DNA of 64,000 nucleotides from Candidatus Campbellbacteria bacterium (GTDB lineage Bacteria; Patescibacteriota; Minisyncoccia; Phycocordibacterales; EsbW-18): NCBI GenBank assembly GCA_016699465.1, contig CP064977.1, positions 138,096 to 202,095 of the forward strand, read 5' to 3'. Shown piece by piece: positions 58,171 to 64,000 of this stretch (position 1 is its first letter; each line of letters starts with the position of its first letter). The notes under the pieces were generated by a model. It saw only the letters and a program-made list of their open reading frames with translations, ran no database searches and was not told where the DNA came from. The position numbers and the translations under genes were made by a program.

Positions 58171-58199
58171 CATACTTGTATAGAAATATATTAAAAAAC

Positions 58200-58895
58200 T
58201 TATCGTGCCCATCCTTTTGCGGTAAGCGCATTTTGTGCCGCTTCTTGTTCAGCTTCTTGTTTTGATTTTCCATCACCGTGCGCAATCTGTACGTCTTTCA
58301 AAAAGACACCGACAGTAAATTTTTTATCGTGGTCAGGACCTTCTTCATTAAGCGTTTCATATGAAGGTGTCACACCTGTTTTATCTTGTGCAAGCTCTTG
58401 AAAACGACTCTTCGCATCTCTCCACAAGTGCTTGTTCACAATGTCGTCAGTTAATGGAAGTAATGCACGTTGTACAAACTGTTGTGCAACAGCATACCCA
58501 CCATCAAGAAACAGTGCGCCCACAAGAGCTTCAAATGCATTCGCAAGAATATACTGTCGCGCACGGCCAATATCCTTTGCTTCACCTTTTGAAAGTAACA
58601 AAAAATCATTCACACCCAATTCCATGGCAACCGTTGCAAGTGTTGAGGTGTTTACAAGGCCTGCACGATATGAGGTTAAATCTCCCTCCGTCTTTTTTGG
58701 ATATTTTGCAAATAAAAATTCTGTGGAAATAAGTTCAAGCACCGCGTCACCTAAAAACTCAAGACGTTCATTATGCTGTCCCGTGTGTGCGTGTGACTCA
58801 TTGATATATGAGCGATGAGTCAGTGCTGTCACTAATATTTTTTCATCGGCAAAGGTGTGTCCGAGTTTTTCTTGTAAGGGTTCCAAGTTTTTCAT
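58200..58895 (-). CDS. rnc: Ribonuclease III
   Basis: RNase III signature ERLEFLGDAVLE, C-terminal dsRBD. Confidence 0.93.
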   Translation of the reverse strand: MKNLEPLQEKLGHTFADEKILVTALTHRSYINESHAHTGQHNERLEFLGDAVLELISTEFLFAKYPKKTEGDLTSYRAGLVNTSTLATVAMELGVNDFLLLSKGEAKDIGRARQYILANAFEALVGALFLDGGYAVAQQFVQRALLPLTDDIVNKHLWRDAKSRFQELAQDKTGVTPSYETLNEEGPDHDKKFTVGVFLKDVQIAHGDGKSKQEAEQEAAQNALTAKGWAR

Positions 58896-59012
58896 CCCGT
58901 TAGAAGCAGATCGCGATCTCCAGAAATCTGCGTTGTGTATTAAGATTAATAAACATTTTTGTATATCGATTTTTTAACAAACCTATTAAGCGATCGCGGC
59001 TTCTAACGGGAT
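58894..59012. repeat. Copy 2 of the ~120-bp TIR element, abutting the rnc start codon
   Basis: Perfect 14-bp TIRs atcccgttagaagc / gcttctaacgggat. Confidence 0.8.
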
Positions 59013-59112
59013 TCATAAATAATAGACGTTGGAAGTTAGTGGTTAGTTTTGGTTTGGTTATGTGAAATTGGATGTATATGCTTACCACTTTCTACATTCT
59101 ACATACTACTTT

Positions 59113-60003
59113 CTACTTTTGTGATAATAGAGTAATTGCTTTCGTAATGAGTGGCAAAATATCGTCGTAAATATTAAGGTTCAAGATTTCAGAAACGCGG
59201 AACCAACGTCCATCATCAAGTCCCCCTGAAGTACCGAGAGTAATTTCATGAAACGGTGCTTCTGCCAAAAAATACTCAACTCGTTTGCGTACTTTTCCTT
59301 TTTCAGGATGCGACGCCACGTACTCATTCGAACCAAGTTCGTCTTGAATAACCACATCAAGGCCAAGTTCTTCTTGAATCTCTCGTGCTGTTCCCACCTT
59401 CACATCTTCATTCTTTTCAATTTTTCCCTTTGATAGCGTCCAGTGGCCAAACACATCGTGTACAAATGCAAGATAAATATCATTCTCATGTTTTGCATAC
59501 ACCACAGCACCACCAAGCATCTCTAACGGCAATTCTTCGTACGGCACATCTTTCTTTTTCTTAGATTGTTCATCTTTGCCCGGCTCACCCATTTCTTTGT
59601 ACACAGAACCAAGTACACCATTTACGAAACGGCCCGACGAATCGCCACCAAATGTTTTTGCAAGTTCAATAGCTTCGTTAATAGCAACCTTTGCAGGTAC
59701 GTGCGCACGATCACCAAACAAAAGTTCATACAAACCAAGACGCAACACACTTCGATCAACGAGTGAAATTTTATCGATAGGCCATTCAGGAGCTGCTTTT
59801 TGAATAATGGTGTCGAGGTCAACGCGCCGATCAATAACACCGTGCATCAACGTTTTCATAAAATCACGCTCGCCAATGCTGGGAGCGTACTCTGCTATGG
59901 TTGCACCAAGAATTGCGTCAGCTTCTTGTACGTTGACGTTCGAAAAATCTACCTGAAAAAGAGTTTGAAGAACAACTGATCGTGCTAAATGTCGATTACT
60001 CAT
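59113..60003 (-). CDS. nusB: NusB antitermination factor fused to a C-terminal NUDIX hydrolase domain
   Basis: N-terminal ~140 aa is NusB-like (ARSVVLQTLFQVDF ... NGVLGSV); C-terminal Nudix box GKIEKNEDVKVGTAREIQEELGL. Confidence 0.7.
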   Translation of the reverse strand: MSNRHLARSVVLQTLFQVDFSNVNVQEADAILGATIAEYAPSIGERDFMKTLMHGVIDRRVDLDTIIQKAAPEWPIDKISLVDRSVLRLGLYELLFGDRAHVPAKVAINEAIELAKTFGGDSSGRFVNGVLGSVYKEMGEPGKDEQSKKKKDVPYEELPLEMLGGAVVYAKHENDIYLAFVHDVFGHWTLSKGKIEKNEDVKVGTAREIQEELGLDVVIQDELGSNEYVASHPEKGKVRKRVEYFLAEAPFHEITLGTSGGLDDGRWFRVSEILNLNIYDDILPLITKAITLLSQK

Positions 60004-60045
60004 ATGGTGTGCGACGTATGCATACGCCGACGATTTTCAATGGAA

Positions 60046-60336
60046 CTATTTTGACGCCTTCTTTTCTTCTTTTGTTGCTTTCTCTGCCTTTGCTGTCTGA
60101 GCTACCGCTTCACCTCGCGCCTTGCTTTTTGCTTGCTTGCGACGGAGAGCGCGTTCGTGCACACCCTTTGCATCAACTACCGTTCGTCCTCGATATATAC
60201 CACATACAGGACATGCTTGGTGACGAATGTGCTTTGAACCACACGATGCACATGTCGAAAGACGTGGCTCTTTGAGCGCGTGGTGGGAACGTCGATTTCC
60301 CGTGTGACCTACTGTATGTCGCATTCGTACTGTCAT
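60046..60336 (-). CDS. rpmF: 50S ribosomal protein L32 with a Lys/Ala-rich C-terminal extension
   Basis: RRSHHALKEPRLSTCASCGSKHIRHQACPVCGIYRGR. Confidence 0.85.
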   Translation of the reverse strand: MTVRMRHTVGHTGNRRSHHALKEPRLSTCASCGSKHIRHQACPVCGIYRGRTVVDAKGVHERALRRKQAKSKARGEAVAQTAKAEKATKEEKKASK

Positions 60337-60449
60337 AATACAAAATATCCTACCAGATGAATGAGGAATTCACAAGCCCCACCGTTCATATAAAACGCCA
60401 AATTCTAAACTAATCACCAACCCCTCACTCCCAACCTCCAACTTCCACT

Positions 60450-60495
60450 TTATACAAAAAGGCCCGGATGCTACCAGACCTTCTTGTCTGCAGTA
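60450..60495 (-). terminator. Hairpin ggcccggat/atccgggcc plus T-run after the GC-rich gene
   Basis: 9-bp stem with a long loop; followed on the minus strand by tttttgtat. Confidence 0.5.
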
Positions 60496-60505
60496 TCCGG
60501 GCCGT

Positions 60506-61018
60506 TCAGGAGGCGATGAGCTCGCGCACACTGAGCTCCTGATGTATCCAACCCCAGTCCGCATCCTTCTCCGCCATGTAGGCGATGAGACGCGGAATCA
60601 TTTCGCGATGGAGCCGCTTTAGCAACGGATGTCGGTAGACCTCCCGCACGTCCATCATGAACGGTGCGGACAGAATTTCGTTGGGCATGCCGTCCTCGCG
60701 GTCTACCAGAGCCTCCGTACGAAGTTCGCCAACAGGCTTCACTCGGTACCAGTACTGCGTATGGTCTGGAGAAATCTTATTAGACCAGAACATATCGACA
60801 ACCTCGATTGTCCCGGTCTCCATGAGCTCTTTGTCACCAACGAGCTCATTGATGAGCGTATCCATCGGCGAGTTGTCCGAGCGAGAGCCGTTCTTTTTCT
60901 GAGAACCAAACGGAAAGGCCAGCTTCTTCTTTCCGTTTACCTCATACCAAAGAACTGCAATCTTCGTACCCACCACAACGACTCCTCCCGCTCCCCAAGC
61001 TGACCTATTGAAGGCCAT
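60506..61018 (-). CDS. GC-rich hypothetical protein, possibly a Nudix-fold protein with a degenerate Nudix box
   Basis: FPFGSQKKNG ... TLINELVGDKEL loosely parallels the Nudix signature; GC about 57% against a background of about 42%. Confidence 0.3.
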   Translation of the reverse strand: MAFNRSAWGAGGVVVVGTKIAVLWYEVNGKKKLAFPFGSQKKNGSRSDNSPMDTLINELVGDKELMETGTIEVVDMFWSNKISPDHTQYWYRVKPVGELRTEALVDREDGMPNEILSAPFMMDVREVYRHPLLKRLHREMIPRLIAYMAEKDADWGWIHQELSVRELIAS

Positions 61019-61130
61019 GACGCTCTCCTTTTTCTGAGAATCCCTTGCGGGAATTGGTTGAAATGAAAATGTACAACTACAACTGAAAGTACAATACCAT
61101 TTTATATTTATTGTGTCAATATATGAAAAA

Positions 61131-61712
61131 TCAGAGAAAACGACGACAAAATGTTTTTCGATGTTCTGGTGAAAGCCCGTGCGCAGTGATTAATTCCATG
61201 TGTTTTTTGGTTCCATACCCTTTGTGTATTTCAAAACCATACTCAGGATATTTCTCTGCTAGTTTCACCATATACCTATCACGAGTTACCTTCGCAACAA
61301 TTGATGCAAGTGCAATAGAGAGCTCTTGTTCATCACCTCGGATAATTGTTTTTTGATTTGTAAATTCACGCGGTGCTTTCAACCCACCATCAAGAAGTAT
61401 CTGTGTATATGCGGGCACGTTTACTTCTGTAAGCACGGTGACAATTCCCTGTTTGATTGCATACGTGATTCCTTTTGTATCTATAATGCCTGCACCAACC
61501 AACTCTGACGCATATGAAAGAGCGCCTTCTTTTTGTAAACGAAGAATCTCTTCAAACCACACCTCTCGTTTTTTTGGGGAGAGTTTTTTTGAGTCGCACA
61601 CTTCTGGGAATACTTGAAAAACCTCGTCCGAATGAATTGCAACACACGCAACAGATACCGGACCAGCCAACGGTCCTCGCCCCGCCTCATCAATACCAAC
61701 AATAGTTTGCAT
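61131..61712 (-). CDS. rnhB: Ribonuclease HII
   Basis: IVGIDEAGRGPLAGPV N-terminal motif. Confidence 0.9.
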   Translation of the reverse strand: MQTIVGIDEAGRGPLAGPVSVACVAIHSDEVFQVFPEVCDSKKLSPKKREVWFEEILRLQKEGALSYASELVGAGIIDTKGITYAIKQGIVTVLTEVNVPAYTQILLDGGLKAPREFTNQKTIIRGDEQELSIALASIVAKVTRDRYMVKLAEKYPEYGFEIHKGYGTKKHMELITAHGLSPEHRKTFCRRFL

Positions 61713-61723
61713 ATCAAATAAGT

Positions 61724-62560
61724 TTAAACGATTTTTGAAGATAGACTTGGATATTTTTTCTTTAATTCCTCTTTTTCTGCGGAGGTGAGAGCATGGAGAA
61801 CGAGGTCACCACCAATTGCGTGTGGAAGGATGAGACCTTCTGCTGAGGTGAGGCGATTGAGGTAGAGGTCACCACCAATGGAGTGCGGAAGTGTGAGACC
61901 TTCTGCTGAGGTGAGGTTGTCGAGGTTGAGGTTGCCACCAATGGATTGTGGGAGGATGAGACCTTCTACTGAGGTGAGGTTGTCGAGGAAGAGGTCGCCA
62001 CCGATTGTATGTGGGAGTGTGAGACCTTCTGCTGAGGTGAGGCTGCCGAGGTAGAGGTTGCCATCAATTGTATGTGGGAGGATGAGACCTTCTGCGGAGG
62101 TGAGGTTGTCGAGGTTAAGACTGCCACCGATGGATTGTGGGAGGATGAGGTCTTCTACGGAGGTGAGATTGTCGAGGTAGAGGTCACACTTTTTGAGTAC
62201 CACCATCATAGCAAGAGCTTTGTTGAGTTCGGGAGTTGGTCGTGTAGCGGAAAACCCAATCCACGATATGTATTCGTGTGTAAATTCAAAGTTGGCTTCC
62301 TCACCCATCAAACCACGTATACGTGTTCCTGCTTCTGCTTCAATACGAGGGAGGGTGTGTTCTTCAAAGGTAACCGGTTCGTATGCGTAGGTGAGGTACT
62401 CTTGTTGGAGGTGTGTGGTGTTTTGTTGTGCTGTGCGTACCGCTTCGTGTGCATCGGGTGTTCCTTCGTGCATGAGGGTGTCCGCTGCCTGTCGCAGAGT
62501 AGCAACCGCGTCTTTCCACGCGTGGTACTTCATCATGAGTTCTGGGCAGGAGGTGGGCAT
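61724..62560 (-). CDS. Leucine-rich-repeat paralog A: conserved ~130-aa N-terminal domain plus 20-21-aa LTSAEGLxLPxSIGGxLxL repeats
   Basis: Internal repeats in the translation; N-terminal domain nearly identical to paralog B. Confidence 0.6.
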   Translation of the reverse strand: MPTSCPELMMKYHAWKDAVATLRQAADTLMHEGTPDAHEAVRTAQQNTTHLQQEYLTYAYEPVTFEEHTLPRIEAEAGTRIRGLMGEEANFEFTHEYISWIGFSATRPTPELNKALAMMVVLKKCDLYLDNLTSVEDLILPQSIGGSLNLDNLTSAEGLILPHTIDGNLYLGSLTSAEGLTLPHTIGGDLFLDNLTSVEGLILPQSIGGNLNLDNLTSAEGLTLPHSIGGDLYLNRLTSAEGLILPHAIGGDLVLHALTSAEKEELKKKYPSLSSKIV

Positions 62561-62563
62561 AGG

Positions 62564-63712
62564 TTAGGGGGTGGGTTTGATTGTTATATGTGGGTACTTC
62601 GCGCGTAGTGTGTCTCGTTCGGTGGAGGTGAGTTTGCTGAGATAAAGACCACCACCAATGGAGTGTGGGAGGATGAGATCTTCTACTGAGGTGAGGCGGT
62701 CGAGGTAGAGGCTACCACCGATGGAGTGTGGGAGTGTGAGACCTTCTGCGGAGGTGAGACTTCCGAGGTCGAGGAAACCACCAATAGAGTGTGGAAGTGT
62801 CAGACCTTCTGCGGAGGTGAGATTGTTGAGATAAAGGCCACCGATTGTATGTGGGAGGATGAGACCTTCTGCTGAGGTGAGGCGATTGAGGTAGAGGTCA
62901 CCACCAATGGAGTGCGGAAGTGTGAGACCTTCTGCTGAGGTGAGATTGTCGAGGTAGAGGCCACCACCAATGGAGTGTGGGAGGATGAGACCTTCTGCGG
63001 AGGTGAGGCGGTCGAGGTAGAGACCACCACCAATGGATTGTGGGAGGATGAGACCTTCTACTGAGGTGAGGTTCTCGAAGTTGAGGTTGCCACCGATTGT
63101 GTGTGGGAGGGTGAGACCTTCTGCGGAGGTGAGATTATTGAGATAAAGGCCATCGATTGATTGTGGGAGGATGAGACCTTCTGCGGAGGTGAGGCGGTTG
63201 AGGTTAAGACTGCCATCGATTGATTGTGGGAGGATGAGACCTTTTGTGGAGGTGAGGTTCTCGAGGTTGAGGCCGCCACCGATTGTGTGTGGGAGTGTGA
63301 GACCTTCTGCGGAGGTGAGGTTGTTGAGGTAGAGGTCACACTTTTTGAGTACCACCATCATGGCAAGAGCTTTGTTGAGTTCGGGAGTTGGTTGTGTAGT
63401 GGAAAACCCAATCCACGATATGTATTCGTGTGTAAATTCAAAGTTGGCTTCCTCACCCGTCAAACCACGTATACGTGTTCCTGCTTCTGCTTCAATACGA
63501 GGGAGAGTGTGTGCTTCAAAGGTAACCGGTTCGTATGCGTAGGTGAGGTACTCTTGTTGGAGGTGTGTGGTGTTTTGTTGTGCTGTGCGTACCGCTTCGT
63601 GTGCATCGGGTGTTCCTTCGTGCATGAGGGTGTCCGCTGCCTGTCGCAGAGTAGCAACCGCGTCTTTCCACGCGTGGTACTTCATCATGAGTTCTGGGCA
63701 GGAGGTGGGCAT
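62564..63712 (-). CDS. Leucine-rich-repeat paralog B (longer repeat array)
   Basis: Same N-terminal domain; 62193-62560 and 63345-63712 are near-identical at the DNA level. Confidence 0.6.
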   Translation of the reverse strand: MPTSCPELMMKYHAWKDAVATLRQAADTLMHEGTPDAHEAVRTAQQNTTHLQQEYLTYAYEPVTFEAHTLPRIEAEAGTRIRGLTGEEANFEFTHEYISWIGFSTTQPTPELNKALAMMVVLKKCDLYLNNLTSAEGLTLPHTIGGGLNLENLTSTKGLILPQSIDGSLNLNRLTSAEGLILPQSIDGLYLNNLTSAEGLTLPHTIGGNLNFENLTSVEGLILPQSIGGGLYLDRLTSAEGLILPHSIGGGLYLDNLTSAEGLTLPHSIGGDLYLNRLTSAEGLILPHTIGGLYLNNLTSAEGLTLPHSIGGFLDLGSLTSAEGLTLPHSIGGSLYLDRLTSVEDLILPHSIGGGLYLSKLTSTERDTLRAKYPHITIKPTP

Positions 63713-63715
63713 GGG

Positions 63716-64000
63716 TTAGGGGGTTGGTTTGATTGTTATATGTGGGTACTTCGCGCGTAGTGTGTCTCGTTCGGCGGAGGTGAGGTTCTCGAGATAAAGG
63801 CCACCACCAATGGAGTGTGGGAGGATGAGACCTTCTACTGAGGTGAGGCGGTTGAGGTAGAGGCTACCACCAATGGAGTGTGGGAGTGTGAGACCTTCTG
63901 CGGAGGTGAGACTCTCGAGACTGAGGAAACCACCTATGGATTGTGGGAGGATGAGACCTTCTGCGGAGGTGAGATTGTCGAGACTGAGATATCCACCAAT
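63716..64000 (-). CDS. Leucine-rich-repeat paralog C, 3' partial (runs off the window)
   Basis: Same repeat DNA continues to the window end; stop codon at 63716. Confidence 0.5.
   Translation of the reverse strand: MGGYLSLDNLTSAEGLILPQSIGGFLSLESLTSAEGLTLPHSIGGSLYLNRLTSVEGLILPHSIGGGLYLENLTSAERDTLRAKYPHITIKPTP

Noticed and set aside
61724-64000. CRISPR-like periodic DNA repeats
   Set aside because: Periodicity is 60-63 bp and in-frame within coding LRR genes, with no unique spacers or leader. These are protein repeats, not a CRISPR array.
1-64000. tRNA, rRNA or tmRNA genes
   Set aside because: No GTTCGA(A/T)TCC T-loop-like motifs in cloverleaf context were seen in any intergenic spacer. I could not run tRNAscan, so short RNAs cannot be excluded.

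Overview
This 64-kb window is a low-GC (about 42%) bacterial chromosome segment made almost entirely of core informational genes, mostly on the minus strand. The gene content and several shortened core proteins (AlaRS without a C-Ala domain, a 766-aa SMC, a 1049-aa RpoB) suggest, as inference, a reduced Patescibacteria/CPR-like genome. The core genes are metK, a grpE-dnaK-dnaJ heat-shock cluster, the rpsI-rplM-rplQ-rpoA-rpsD-rpsK-rpsM-rpmJ-infA ribosomal block, alaS, mreB, murA, hisS, priA-like, rpoD-dnaG-rpoC-rpoB, trmD-KH-rpsP, rnr, smc, rnc, a nusB-NUDIX fusion, rpmF and rnhB. Accessory content stands out against this background. (1) A defence-type operon encodes an ImmA/IrrE metallopeptidase, a small 2-TM protein and a type I HsdM/HsdS pair with no HsdR, next to DUF559 and DUF1508 genes. 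(2) A GC-rich islet carrying a BI-1-family gene and a VOC gene sits downstream of metK, flanked by 27-bp direct repeats that reproduce the metK 3' end. (3) Several other GC-rich small genes are inserted into core operons. (4) A ~120-bp element with terminal inverted repeats occurs twice, each copy abutting the start codon of smc or rnc, and a ~1-kb cassette with two small Cys-rich genes lies between the copies. (5) A short motif, ATAAGCTAACAAG, recurs at three convergent terminator regions. (6) Three tandem near-identical leucine-rich-repeat paralogs run off the window end. (7) A secreted multi-repeat (propeller-like) protein is present. A candidate SAM-I riboswitch precedes metK and a 13-4-13 palindrome precedes grpE. 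No tRNA, rRNA or CRISPR array was recognised by eye.
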